NCBI GenBank assembly: GCA_965228475.1
Contig: OZ245817.1
Span: forward strand, 928,001-992,000
Direction: 5' to 3'
DNA: 64,000 nucleotides
Source: Myxococcota bacterium
GTDB lineage: Bacteria > Myxococcota_A > UBA9160 > JAFDDA01
Shown: piece by piece, positions 17,812 to 27,236 of the stretch
Position numbering within the stretch: the stretch's first letter is position 1
How the letters are laid out: every line of letters starts with the position of its first letter
Program-made: the position numbers and the translations under genes
Notes under the pieces: model-generated
Seen by the model: the letters and a program-made list of their open reading frames with translations, nothing else
Told to the model about the DNA's origin: nothing
Databases searched by the model: none

Positions 17812-20460
17812 TCAGGAGCCGCGGGAGCCCACCACGAGCGCCGGGAGGACGACGAGGTTGCACAGGAGCACGAAGGCGATGCCGATGGTCAGCAGCTGGC
17901 CGAGGCTCGCCATGCCCGGGTGCGTCGAGAACGCGAGCGTCCCGAAGCTCGCGATCGTCGTGAGCGCGCTGAACGTGACGGCGCGGGCGGTGGTCGTCTG
18001 GAGCAGGTTCCCGCTGGCGGGAGCGGCCGTGCGGTAGCGGTGCACGAGGTGGATGCCGCTGTCGACCCCCATGCCGAGGAGCAGGGGGATCACGATCACG
18101 TCGGCGAAGTTGAACGGGATGTCGAGCAGCGTTGCCGTCGCGGCGGTGAGCATCGCCGCGAGGGAGAGCGGCACCATGACGAGCAGCGTGTCGATGACCG
18201 TGCGCCACAGGAAGAGCAGCAGCACCGTGATGATGGCCATCGCCGTGAGGAGCGCCTGACGCAGGGAGCGCACGACGGCCCGCTCGGACTCGATCATCAC
18301 GACGACGTTGCCGATGGCGTTGGGCGCCACGGTCTGCACGTCGTTCACGAAGGCTTCGAGCGCGTCGCCGTCCGAGAGGTTCTCCTTCGGGAAGACCTCG
18401 ATCCGGACGCGGCCGTCGCGCGCGACCATGCGGCTCACGAGGTCGAGCGGCAGGTTCTCGAGGGTGACCTCCTCCGCCCGGATCGCCTGGAACAGCATGT
18501 TCAAGCGCCCCGGCAGGGTTCCGAGGACCGACTCCTCGAGCGAGGCGATCCGCATCTCGGCGTCCGTGCCGACGTCCGCGAGGAACGCGGTGACCGCCCG
18601 ATGGAGCCTTTCGGCGGCGGCGCGCAGGGCCGGGTCGCCCCGCGCCTGGGAGAGCCGCGCGAGGCGTTCGTCGAAGCGGGCGAGGGCAGCGAGCTGTTCC
18701 TGCGTCGTCGGCGGCGGAACGCGCTCGACGTTCTCGGCGATCGGTTGGAGGAAGAACGACACGTCCTCGAGGATCGCGAGCTTCAGCGCCTGGTCCTTCG
18801 GAACGAAGTCCGCGAGGCCGAGCGCTCGCTCGACCGTCGGCAGTGCCTCGAACTCGGCCGCCAGCCGATCGGCTTCCGCTTCGTTCTCGACCACGACGTG
18901 CGCGCTCCACGGCGACATGGAGCCGCGCTCGAGGAGCTCCTGGAACACCTGGACCGACTCCGCCGACGGATCGCGCAGCTTCACCGGGTCGCGGTCGAAG
19001 CGCATGTCGGGCAGCACCGCGCCGGCCGCGATCGCGGCGACGAGGGCCCCGGCCCAGACGACGCGCGGGTAGCGCACCGGCAGGCCTCGCAGGCGGGCCG
19101 CGGCATCGACCCACGGCGGGGAAGCCCCGCGCGCGCGCACGCCCGGGGCGCGCTCCGGCCCGAGGGAGAGCAGCGCGGGCAGCAGCGTGAGGTTGCACAC
19201 GAGGCTGATGATCATGCCCGTGCCCGAGATCAGGCCGAGCTCCGCGACGCCCTTGTAGTCCGTCGGAACGAAGGCGTAGAAGCCGATCGCCGTCGTGGCG
19301 GCGCACAGCACGAGCGAGCTGCCGACGACGTCGCCGGTGTCCCGCAGCGCGGCGCCGTGGGCAAGGCCCTGCTGCGACATTTCGCGATAGCGGATGCAGA
19401 AGTGGATGCCGAAGTCGACGGAGAGCCCGATGAACAGCACGGCGAAGGCGACGGAGATCAGGTTCAGGTACCCGATCGCGGCCGTCGCGAAGCCGGCCGT
19501 CAGGATCAATCCGACGAGCAGCGTCGCCACCGCCGAGAGCACGAGTCGCGGCGAGCGCATCGCGAGCAGCAGGATGACCGAGACCAGCAGGAAGGAGGCC
19601 AGGCCGGCGAGGCGCGCCTGGTTCGCGACAAGCCCCATCTCTTCGTAGGCGAGCACCAGGTAGCCGGTCATGCGCACGCGGACGTTGTCGGAATCGTCGA
19701 AGCCCAGCTCGGAGAGCACCGCGTGGATGGTTTCGATCGAGGTCGCCGCGGGCTGGTACGCCTGGTAGTCGACCACGGGTTCGACCATCACGAGCCGCCG
19801 CCGATCCTCCGGCGTGCTCGGGCGGTCGAGGATGAGGTCCGTCCACGAGAGGCTGTGGGGCCGCCCCGCGACGGCGGCCTCGAAGGCGGCGCCCAGGTGG
19901 GTCAGGACGCCGACGAGGTCGCGGCCGCGCCCGTCGGTGCCGTGGGCCGCGTCGAGGGCTTCCCCGAGGATCCCGACGTAGCCGCGCAGGCTTCCGTCCC
20001 TCGAGAGTTCGGCGAGGTAGGGCTGGACTTCGGTCAGGTGGTCGGCGAGCGCGTCGAGCTCTTCGGGGGGCAGGTAGAGGAGGCCGTGGCGCGCGAAGAA
20101 CTCGCCGCCACCCGGCACGAACACGCTCGCGATCTGCTCGGGATGCTCCCGGAGCCGGGAGGCGATGCGCTCGGCGGCATCCTGGGCCCGGCCCGGCGTG
20201 TCGCCGTCGACGACGATGAGGATCGGGTCCGCGAGCGGCGGGAACTGGCGGTGGAAATCGTTGCGCAGGGCACGGAAGGGGAGCTCGTCCGAGAGCATGG
20301 CGGCGTCGTCGGAGTCGATGCCGAGGTGCGTGACCGTGTAGGAGAGGGAGGCGGCCGAGGCGACCAGCGTGAGTGCAATCACGGCCCGGGCGTGAGCGCG
20401 AACGAACTCCAGCCAGACGCCGAGCCAGCGGCCGAGATGGGTCTCGATCGGGTTGTTCAC
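17812..20460 (-). CDS. hpnN: MMPL/RND lipid transporter, HpnN-like (hopanoid-associated)
   Basis: Two MMPL halves with [15 protein letters not shown] and [36 protein letters not shown]; adjacent to HpnM-like and VacJ genes. Confidence 0.8.
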   Translation of the reverse strand: MNNPIETHLGRWLGVWLEFVRAHARAVIALTLVASAASLSYTVTHLGIDSDDAAMLSDELPFRALRNDFHRQFPPLADPILIVVDGDTPGRAQDAAERIASRLREHPEQIASVFVPGGGEFFARHGLLYLPPEELDALADHLTEVQPYLAELSRDGSLRGYVGILGEALDAAHGTDGRGRDLVGVLTHLGAAFEAAVAGRPHSLSWTDLILDRPSTPEDRRRLVMVEPVVDYQAYQPAATSIETIHAVLSELGFDDSDNVRVRMTGYLVLAYEEMGLVANQARLAGLASFLLVSVILLLAMRSPRLVLSAVATLLVGLILTAGFATAAIGYLNLISVAFAVLFIGLSVDFGIHFCIRYREMSQQGLAHGAALRDTGDVVGSSLVLCAATTAIGFYAFVPTDYKGVAELGLISGTGMIISLVCNLTLLPALLSLGPERAPGVRARGASPPWVDAAARLRGLPVRYPRVVWAGALVAAIAAGAVLPDMRFDRDPVKLRDPSAESVQVFQELLERGSMSPWSAHVVVENEAEADRLAAEFEALPTVERALGLADFVPKDQALKLAILEDVSFFLQPIAENVERVPPPTTQEQLAALARFDERLARLSQARGDPALRAAAERLHRAVTAFLADVGTDAEMRIASLEESVLGTLPGRLNMLFQAIRAEEVTLENLPLDLVSRMVARDGRVRIEVFPKENLSDGDALEAFVNDVQTVAPNAIGNVVVMIESERAVVRSLRQALLTAMAIITVLLLFLWRTVIDTLLVMVPLSLAAMLTAATATLLDIPFNFADVIVIPLLLGMGVDSGIHLVHRYRTAAPASGNLLQTTTARAVTFSALTTIASFGTLAFSTHPGMASLGQLLTIGIAFVLLCNLVVLPALVVGSRGS

Positions 20461-20712
20461 CGCCTTTGCGCCTCCGCCCCCCGCGCGGCCCGCGGGCGAC
20501 CCCTGCTAGACTCCGCCTCCGGCGGGCCCGGGCTCCACGGACCGGACGAGCCGGGCCGGAGCCATGCCGGCCGGACTGTAGCGGTCGCAGCGGGGCGGCG
20601 TGAAGCGGTCGAGTGGACCGGCTGAAGCGGGTCGCTCGAGCGGGCCGCCCGTGACGGTTCGCCCCCAGGTGGCATTGAATCAAACGACGCCTTCGCGCGT
20701 CGTAGGGAGACG

Positions 20713-21381
20713 ATGGAAACGTTGCGCGCCTCACGAAGAAGCTTCCTGTTGGGGACCCTCGGGGCTGCCCTGCTCGGCTGGGCCAGCGTCGGGGCCGAGC
20801 CGGCCCAGGCCGACAATCTCGACGGGGAAGCTTCGAAGGTCATCGAAGCCTTTCACGGGGATCTGCTCGCGATCATGAAGGACGCGGAGACCCTCGGCTA
20901 CGAGGGCCGCTACGAGAAGCTCGGGCCCGGGCTCCAGCGGACCTTCGACCTCGACTTCATGGCGGAGAAGGCCGTCGGCAGCCACTGGCGGAAGCTCGAG
21001 GCCGAGCAGCAGGAACAGCTGCGCGACATCTTCTACCGCTTCACGCTCGCGACCTATGCGAGCCGCTTCTCCGGCTACACCGGAGAGACCTTCGAGATCG
21101 TGGCCGAGCAGGCGGCGCCGCGCGACACGGTCTTCGTGCGCACGCGCCTCCACCGAACGGACGGTGAGGACCCCGTCGAGATCAACTACCGCCTGCACCG
21201 CGGGATCGCGGGCTGGCGCGTGATCGACGTCCTCCTGCGCGGCACCGTGAGCGAGCTGGCCCTGCGCCGCTCGGAGTACTCCTCGGTGATCAAGCGGGAC
21301 GGCTTCGAGAAGCTCGTCGAGATCCTCGAGGGCAAGGTCGCCGACCTCGCCTCGGGCAAGGCCGAAGCGCCCTCCTCCTAG
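20713..21381 (+). CDS. MlaC/Ttg2D/HpnM family periplasmic lipid-binding protein
   Basis: RRSFL signal; [35 protein letters not shown]...[13 protein letters not shown]. Confidence 0.85.
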   Translation: METLRASRRSFLLGTLGAALLGWASVGAEPAQADNLDGEASKVIEAFHGDLLAIMKDAETLGYEGRYEKLGPGLQRTFDLDFMAEKAVGSHWRKLEAEQQEQLRDIFYRFTLATYASRFSGYTGETFEIVAEQAAPRDTVFVRTRLHRTDGEDPVEINYRLHRGIAGWRVIDVLLRGTVSELALRRSEYSSVIKRDGFEKLVEILEGKVADLASGKAEAPSS

Positions 21382-21391
21382 GAAGCCTGGA

Positions 21392-22234
21392 TCAGTCCGC
21401 GTAGAGCGGGTCGCCGTGCACCGAGTAGGGCGCGGCGCCGACGGCGGGCGCGTCGTCGTCGGAGGCCGTGGCGGAGACCGTGTTGATCTCGTTGGCCCGG
21501 TTGCTCAGATAGGCGAAGCGCATCGCCACGTAGAAATCGACGGAGCTTTCCTCCAGGGCCTTCAGGGCCTCGGAGTGCAGGTCCCGCAGGGTGAAGCCGT
21601 CGCTCCCCTGGTAGGCGGCGAAGACCCAGGTCGTCGGCCCGATGAACCAGGTCTGGGGGAGGAAGGCGAGGTCGACGAGGTCACCGAAGGCGTCGCGCGC
21701 GGTCGTCGGGCCGAGCAGCGGCAGGACGAGGTAGGGCCCGCTCCCGACGCCGTACTTCGCCAGCGTGATTCCGAAGTCCGTGTGATGGCCCTCGAGGCCG
21801 ATGCGGTCCGCGGCATCCCAGAGGCCGGCCACGCCCACCGTCGAGTTGATCACGAAACGGGCGCCGGTCACGCTCGCGCGCTTCGGCGAGAGCTGGAGCA
21901 GATCGTTCACCAGCACGGCGGGGGAGTTCAGGTTCACGAACACGCGACGAATCGCCCGGCGGGCGACCTTCGGGACGACGAAGGCGTAGGCCTCGGAGAT
22001 CGGGTTCACGAGGTAGCGGTCGAAACGCCGGTTGCCGTTGAAGATCCGCCGGTTGACCGCCTCGAAGGGGTCGTTGATCTCGGGCTCGATCGGGTCGTCG
22101 AAGAGCTCGTCGTACTCGAGGTCCGCCGGCGTGCCGGCGACGGTGCCCGGCGGGCCCTGCTGGCTGGCGCAGCCCGGGCCGAGCATCAGCGCGGCCAGCA
22201 GCAGGGCGGTGGTGGTGGCAAGGCGGTGGCGCAC
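21392..22234 (-). CDS. mlaA: VacJ/MlaA family lipoprotein
   Basis: Lipobox GPGC; DPFEAVNR, RFVINSTVGVAGLWD, DFGITL..YGVGSGPYLVLPLLGPTTARD. Confidence 0.9.
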   Translation of the reverse strand: MRHRLATTTALLLAALMLGPGCASQQGPPGTVAGTPADLEYDELFDDPIEPEINDPFEAVNRRIFNGNRRFDRYLVNPISEAYAFVVPKVARRAIRRVFVNLNSPAVLVNDLLQLSPKRASVTGARFVINSTVGVAGLWDAADRIGLEGHHTDFGITLAKYGVGSGPYLVLPLLGPTTARDAFGDLVDLAFLPQTWFIGPTTWVFAAYQGSDGFTLRDLHSEALKALEESSVDFYVAMRFAYLSNRANEINTVSATASDDDAPAVGAAPYSVHGDPLYAD

Positions 22235-22245
22235 GGTTCCCTCTT

Positions 22246-22295
22246 CCCGTGAACGATCGGCTGGACTGGACCCGTAAACGATCGGTTGGACTGAA
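22246..22295. repeat. 25-bp tandem repeat, 2 copies, 3 mismatches
   Basis: CCCGTGAACGATCGGCTGGACTGGA (22246-22270) and CCCGTAAACGATCGGTTGGACTGAA (22271-22295). Confidence 0.85.
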
Positions 22296-22433
22296 CGAAC
22301 GCCCCAGGGCGGGCGGCAGTTTAGCCTTTGGGGTGCGGCCAGGGCCCGGGTTTCCCCTCAGGCGGGGGGCCGGGTTTTCGCGGAGCGCCGCTCCCAACCC
22401 CGCCCCAGTTTCATTCTGAAAGTTGCGAAAAGC

Positions 22434-22513
22434 CTACACCCGGCCGGCACGCCGGACGATGCCGCCCATGATAGTTGGTTTTTGGCTACACCGCGCCCGA
22501 TCGGAGCCGGTGG
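22434..22513 (+). promoter_or_regulatory. Possible tandem sigma28-like promoters upstream of flagellin
   Basis: CTACA-N16-GACGATG and CTACA-N15-GCCGGTG, weak matches to TAAA-N15-GCCGATAA. Confidence 0.3.
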
Positions 22514-22528
22514 GCCGGGAGGCGAGTC

Positions 22529-23335
22529 ATGGGACTCCGAATCGGGAATCTTGCCGGTCTCGGCGCTCAGCGGAACCTGCTGCGGGCGGGCGAGGCCCTG
22601 AACCGGTCGCTCGAGCGGCTCTCCTCGGGCCGCCGGATCAACTCCGCCGCCGACGGAGCGGCCGAGCTGGCCATCAGCGAATCCTTCCGGGCGCAGATCG
22701 TCAGCCTCGGGGCCGCCCAGAACAACGCCGGGCAGGGCATCGCCCTGGCCCAGGTCGCGGACTCGGCCCTCGGCGAGACCTCGAACCTGCTGATCCGCAT
22801 GCGGGAGATCGCCGTGCAGGCCGCCAACGGCACCCTCGGCTCGAGCGAGCGCGCAAGCCTCGAGCAGGAGTTCGGCGACCTTCGGAGCGAGATCACGCGT
22901 CTGGCCAACACCACCGAGTTCAACGGCCGGAACCCGCTCACCGGGACGGACACGACGATCCAGGTCGGGGCGAACGGCGGCGACACGATCACCGTCAGCG
23001 GCGCCAACGCCACCGCGGCGGACCTCGGCATCGACGCGCTCGCCGTCTCCTCGGCCGCCGGCGCCAGCGGGGCCCTCGGGACCCTCGACAGCGCCATCTC
23101 CCAGGTCTCGAGCCTCCGCGCCCAGTTCGGCAGCGCCCAGCGGCGCCTCGAATCCGCCGTCCGCGTGCTCGGCGTCCAGATCGAAGGGACCTCCCAGGCG
23201 AGATCCCGGATCGTCGACACCGACTACGCCTCGGAAGTCGCCAACCTGACACGCAATCAGATCGTGCAGCAGGCGGGCGTCGCGGTGCTGACCCAGGCGA
23301 ACCAGAACCTCGGGCTGCTGCTCCAGCTCCTCTAG
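22529..23335 (+). CDS. fliC: Minimal flagellin (268 aa, D0/D1 only)
   Basis: SLERLSSGRRINSAAD, NAGQGIALAQVADSAL, RMREIAVQAANGT, IQVGAN, RAQFGSAQRRLE, SRIVDTDYASEV, QANQ. Confidence 0.9.
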   Translation: MGLRIGNLAGLGAQRNLLRAGEALNRSLERLSSGRRINSAADGAAELAISESFRAQIVSLGAAQNNAGQGIALAQVADSALGETSNLLIRMREIAVQAANGTLGSSERASLEQEFGDLRSEITRLANTTEFNGRNPLTGTDTTIQVGANGGDTITVSGANATAADLGIDALAVSSAAGASGALGTLDSAISQVSSLRAQFGSAQRRLESAVRVLGVQIEGTSQARSRIVDTDYASEVANLTRNQIVQQAGVAVLTQANQNLGLLLQLL

Positions 23336-23519
23336 GCCGCGCTTCCCCCGCAACGCGTTCCGAAGCCCCGAGCCGGAGGGGAAGGCCCCCGTGCGGGTGC
23401 GGGCCGGCCGCCCCGTCTTACCGAACTTTCACAGGGTGGGGGGTCTCCCGTCCCCCGCCACCCGGGGTATCCTCCGCCCCGCACGGGCCACCGCGGTGGT
23501 CGGACGCGGAGGGACACGT

Positions 23520-24602
23520 ATGCAGCCCATTCGGGTGGCCATCGCCGGCATCGGGAACTGTGCCAGCTCGCTGGTTCAGGGACTTCACTTCTACAAGAAC
23601 CACGACGACCAGGACGTCGCAGGCCTGATGCATCCGAAGATCGGTGCCTTCGGTCCGACCGACATCCAGATCGTCGCGGCCTTCGACATCGACCACCGCA
23701 AGGTGGGCCGGCCGGTCGAAGAGGCGATCTTCGCCGACCCGAACTGCACGCTGATCTTCGAGGGCAAGCCGCCCGTCTCCGACGTCGAGGTCCAGATGGG
23801 CCCGGTGCTCGACGGCGTCGCGCCCCACATGCGCGAGTACCCGGACGACCGCGCCTTCCGCGCCGCCGACGCTCCGCCGGTGGACGTGGCCCAGGCCCTG
23901 CGCGACGCGGGCGCCGAGGTGCTCGTCTGTTACATGCCCGTCGGTTCCGAGGAAGCGGTGAAGCACTACGCGGCCGCCTGTCTCGAGGCGGGCGTCGGCA
24001 TGGTGAACTGCGTGCCGGTCTTCATCGCGTCCGACCCGGAGTGGGCCAAGCGCTTCCGCGAGGCCGGCGTCCCGATCGTCGGCGACGACATCAAGAGCCA
24101 GGTCGGCGCCACCATCGTGCACCGCACCCTGACCCGCCTGTTCGGCGACCGCGGCGTGAAGCTCGACCGCACCTACCAGCTGAACACCGGGGGCAACACG
24201 GACTTCCTGAACATGCTCGCCCGGGAGCGCCTGGCTTCGAAGAAGATCTCGAAGACCGAGTCCGTGCAGTCGCAGCTCGACGAGCGGCTCGAGAACTCGA
24301 ACATCCACATCGGGCCCTCGGACTACGTGCCGTGGCAGAACGACAACAAGGTCTGCTTCATCCGCATGGAAGGGCAGGGCTTCGGCGGCGCGCCGATCGA
24401 GCTCGAGATGCGCCTCTCGGTACAGGATTCGCCCAACAGCGCCGGCGTCGTGATCGACGCCATCCGCTGCGCGAAGCTCGGTCTCGACCGCAAGCACGGC
24501 GGCCCGCTCGAGGCGCCTTCGGCCTATTACATGAAGAGCCCGCCGTTCCAGATGCGCGACAGCGTCGCGCACGACGAGACCAACGCCTTCATCAAGGGCT
24601 GA
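23520..24602 (+). CDS. ino1: Inositol-3-phosphate synthase
   Basis: GIGNCASSLVQG, YMPVGSE, GDDIKSQVGAT, YQLNTGGNTDF, KKISKT, HIGPSDY, DSPNSAG. Confidence 0.95.
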   Translation: MQPIRVAIAGIGNCASSLVQGLHFYKNHDDQDVAGLMHPKIGAFGPTDIQIVAAFDIDHRKVGRPVEEAIFADPNCTLIFEGKPPVSDVEVQMGPVLDGVAPHMREYPDDRAFRAADAPPVDVAQALRDAGAEVLVCYMPVGSEEAVKHYAAACLEAGVGMVNCVPVFIASDPEWAKRFREAGVPIVGDDIKSQVGATIVHRTLTRLFGDRGVKLDRTYQLNTGGNTDFLNMLARERLASKKISKTESVQSQLDERLENSNIHIGPSDYVPWQNDNKVCFIRMEGQGFGGAPIELEMRLSVQDSPNSAGVVIDAIRCAKLGLDRKHGGPLEAPSAYYMKSPPFQMRDSVAHDETNAFIKG

Positions 24603-24646
24603 TTCTCAAGGGCTGACTCGGCGTCCCCTCAAGGGCTGACTCGGCG
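24592..24646. repeat. Triple direct repeat of the ino1 3' end (TCAAGGGCTGA core)
   Basis: TCAAGGGCTGA at 24592-24602; CTCAAGGGCTGACTCGGCG at 24605-24623 and 24628-24646. Confidence 0.9.
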
Positions 24647-24649
24647 CCT

Positions 24650-25891
24650 TTACTCCGTGCGCGGAGGCTCGCCTTCCGCGATCTTCGCGATCTGGGCGAG
24701 CTTCTCCTCGCTCGGGCGGTGTGCGCCCGTGAGAGGGACGATCGCGCCCGGCAACGACCAGACGAGCTGGACGAGGCGGATGGCGACGCCCAGGAAGAGC
24801 ACCTGGGAGAAGTTGCCGTACGTCCCGCGGAAGAAGACCTGGAGCGTGGCGTCGAGGGTCCCGAGCCCCTGGTAGGAGACCGGGATCGCCGCCACCAGGA
24901 GCCCCAGCGAGAGGTAGACGAGGTAGTCCGGGTACGCGGCGAACCCGCCGCGCATGCCGAGGCCGAGCCCGGCCAGCATGAACGCCGTGACCGCGAGCCC
25001 CTGCAGCAGCACCGAGAGCGCGAGCGCGGCGCCGAGCAGGCGCGGGTGGCCGCGCATGCGGTGCACGGCGGCGTCGATGCGCGCGAGCTGGGCGCCGAAG
25101 GGCAGCTTCGGAAGCCAGTCGTCGACCCGCAGGCGGGCCCGGGCGCGCCGCGAGAACGCGACGAAGACGCCGGCGAGGAGCCCCACGTTCAGCAGCGCGA
25201 TCCACGGCACCCAGATCCGGATCTTCGGGTCGTCGATGCGCAGCAGCATCACGAGCAGGGTGATCACGACCAGCCCGACCATGCCGACGGCGCGGTCGAG
25301 CAGCACGGTGGTGACGGCTTCGGTCTTGCGGTCCGTGTGGGTCGAGACGTAGTAGGCCTTGAAGACGTCGCCCCCGGTGCTCCCGAGCGCCACGAAGTTC
25401 AGGAAGTTCCCGGCGTAGACGAGCTTCATGGACTCCCAGAGGGAGAGCGAGATGTCCTGGGCCTGCACGATCCAGCGGAAGCGGATCGACTGCAGGAAAG
25501 GCACCGGCGCGAAGCACAGGAGCGAGAGCCAGATCCAGCGCGGCTCCGCACTGCGTGCGGCCGTCGTGAGGCCGACCGCGATGCGGAGGTTGCCGTCCTC
25601 GTCCCGGGCCACCCGCGAGAGCGGGAGCGGGGCGCTCTCGCCCTCGATCTCGATGAAGAGCTCGCTCGCGGCGGCCGGGTCCTCGAGCCGCGGGTCGTCC
25701 TTGATCTCGGCCCAGTTCGTGACCCGCAGCTCGCGGCCGTCGTCGAGCGTGGCCCAATCGTCGAGGCTCACGCTGCGCAGGATGAGCAGCATGATGCCGA
25801 CGCCGACCACCGTCCGGACGACGATCCCGAGAATCTTCTTGTTTCGGGGATTCAAAGCGCGTGTGGGGTCCGGATGCTCACGGCGCGGCAT
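24650..25891 (-). CDS. UPF0104 / lysylphosphatidylglycerol synthase TM-domain (flippase-like) protein
   Basis: GNFLNFV...STGGDVFKAYY, TTVLLDRAVG, AIPVSYQGLG; polytopic. Confidence 0.85.
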   Translation of the reverse strand: MPRREHPDPTRALNPRNKKILGIVVRTVVGVGIMLLILRSVSLDDWATLDDGRELRVTNWAEIKDDPRLEDPAAASELFIEIEGESAPLPLSRVARDEDGNLRIAVGLTTAARSAEPRWIWLSLLCFAPVPFLQSIRFRWIVQAQDISLSLWESMKLVYAGNFLNFVALGSTGGDVFKAYYVSTHTDRKTEAVTTVLLDRAVGMVGLVVITLLVMLLRIDDPKIRIWVPWIALLNVGLLAGVFVAFSRRARARLRVDDWLPKLPFGAQLARIDAAVHRMRGHPRLLGAALALSVLLQGLAVTAFMLAGLGLGMRGGFAAYPDYLVYLSLGLLVAAIPVSYQGLGTLDATLQVFFRGTYGNFSQVLFLGVAIRLVQLVWSLPGAIVPLTGAHRPSEEKLAQIAKIAEGEPPRTE

Positions 25892-25904
25892 GCTATCACG
25901 CGGA

Positions 25905-27191
25905 ATGGCCCCGGGCTTCGCATCGGCAGCGGCGGACTTCCGCGCCCTCGAACACCGGGCGGACGGCGGCTTCGCCCCGGCCCGCTTCGGCTACGCCGGG
26001 AGCACGGAAGCGGGCTGGCAGGTCTCGCGCAACGAGGGTGCGCATCTGGCGCTCGGCCCCGGCTACCGGCTGCTGCGGGTGCGCCGCTGCGGCGTGTGCG
26101 CCACGGATCTGGCCCGGCGCTTCCTGCCGTTCCCGCTGCCCCAGGTGATCGGCCACGAGGTGCTCGCCGAGGACGAGGCGGGCGGGCGCTTCGTCGTCGA
26201 GATCAACGCCTCCTGCGTGGCCCGGGGCGTCGCTCCCTGTTCCCGGTGCCGCGAGGGCCTCGGCCACCACTGTCCGGAGCGGCGCGTGCTCGGCATCCAC
26301 GATCTGCTCGGAGGCTTCGGGCCCTTCGTGCTGGCGCCGGTCCGCGCGGTCCATGCCGTTCCGGACGCCCTGCCCGACGACACGGCGACCCTCGTCGAGC
26401 CGTTCGCGGCGGCGCTCCACGCGGCCGGCCGGGCGGATTGGCGGGCGGGGGATCGCGTGGCGGTGCTCGGGCCGCGGCGTCTCGGGATGCTGCTCCTGGC
26501 GGCCCTCGCGGCCGAGCGCGTGCGCCGCGGCATCGACGTGGAGATCGTCGCCTGCGTTCGCCGCGAAGGCCTCGGTCCCCTGGCGCGCGCGATGGGCGCG
26601 GACGAAGTCCTGCTGCTCGAGGGCGATGCTCCGCTTCCCGAGGGCTTCGCCGACGTCGTGTTCGACACGACCGGAACGGCCGAAGGCTTCGCCCGCGCGC
26701 TTCCCGGCGCGCGCCGCGAACTCCACCTGAAGTCGACCCACGGCCGGCCCGCCGGAGGGCTCACGCACCTCACCGAAGCCGTGGTCGACGAGCTTCGCTT
26801 CGAGCGCCTGCGCGGCAGCGAGGCCGGGCTCGAGGACGCCGCCGCCGTGGTGGTGCGCAACGCCGCCGAGGCCGACGCCGCCATCCGGCCCGAGCCGGGC
26901 CGGGAGGAGGCGGCCGTCCCGCCCTGCGGAACGATCCACGTGGACCCGGCGGCGGCGGACGACGACGCGCCGCTGCTGCGCCACGTCGCGGGCCGCGGCC
27001 TCGTGCTCGGAACCTCCCGCTGCGGGGACTTCGCGGCGGCCGTCGCCTGCCTCGTCGCCCACCCTCGGCTCCACGAGCTCGGGCCGCGCCTCGTCACCCA
27101 CCGCTTCGGCCCCGAGGCATTGGCCGAGGCCTTCGCGACCGCCGGCACGCCCGCGGCGCTGAAGGTCGTGGTGGAACACGCGCCTTCGTGA
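25905..27191 (+). CDS. Zinc-binding alcohol dehydrogenase family protein (atypical)
   Basis: CGVCATD, GHE, CxxxxxxxCxxCxxxxxxHC, LVEP.AAA, LGPRRLG, DVVFDTTG, LVTHRF. Confidence 0.8.
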   Translation: MAPGFASAAADFRALEHRADGGFAPARFGYAGSTEAGWQVSRNEGAHLALGPGYRLLRVRRCGVCATDLARRFLPFPLPQVIGHEVLAEDEAGGRFVVEINASCVARGVAPCSRCREGLGHHCPERRVLGIHDLLGGFGPFVLAPVRAVHAVPDALPDDTATLVEPFAAALHAAGRADWRAGDRVAVLGPRRLGMLLLAALAAERVRRGIDVEIVACVRREGLGPLARAMGADEVLLLEGDAPLPEGFADVVFDTTGTAEGFARALPGARRELHLKSTHGRPAGGLTHLTEAVVDELRFERLRGSEAGLEDAAAVVVRNAAEADAAIRPEPGREEAAVPPCGTIHVDPAAADDDAPLLRHVAGRGLVLGTSRCGDFAAAVACLVAHPRLHELGPRLVTHRFGPEALAEAFATAGTPAALKVVVEHAPS

Positions 27192-27198
27192 CCGTGCT

Positions 27199-27236
27199 AT
27201 CCCGTGGCGGGCATGGACGATCCCGTGGCGGGCATG
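27199..27236. repeat. 17-bp direct repeat duplicating the start codon region (period 21)
   Basis: ATCCCGTGGCGGGCATG at 27199-27215 and 27220-27236, giving in-frame ATGs at 27213 and 27234. Confidence 0.85.

Noticed and set aside
14150..18037. 1295-aa + strand ORF and other very long overlapping ORFs (17770-20625, 24719-27598, 25896-28187, 43017-45164, 51298-54489)
   Set aside because: Antisense or alternate-frame shadows of real genes; stop codons are scarce at this GC content and the translations are Arg/Pro/Ala-rich with no motifs
15458..20734. Apparent 1758-aa aconitase fusion
   Set aside because: The upstream ~1000 aa is an off-frame read of hpnN; the real start is ATG 17728 with an SD
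22246..24646. Short direct repeats (22246-22295, 24592-24646) as mini-CRISPR arrays
   Set aside because: Only 2-3 copies, no 25-40 bp unique spacers, no cas genes
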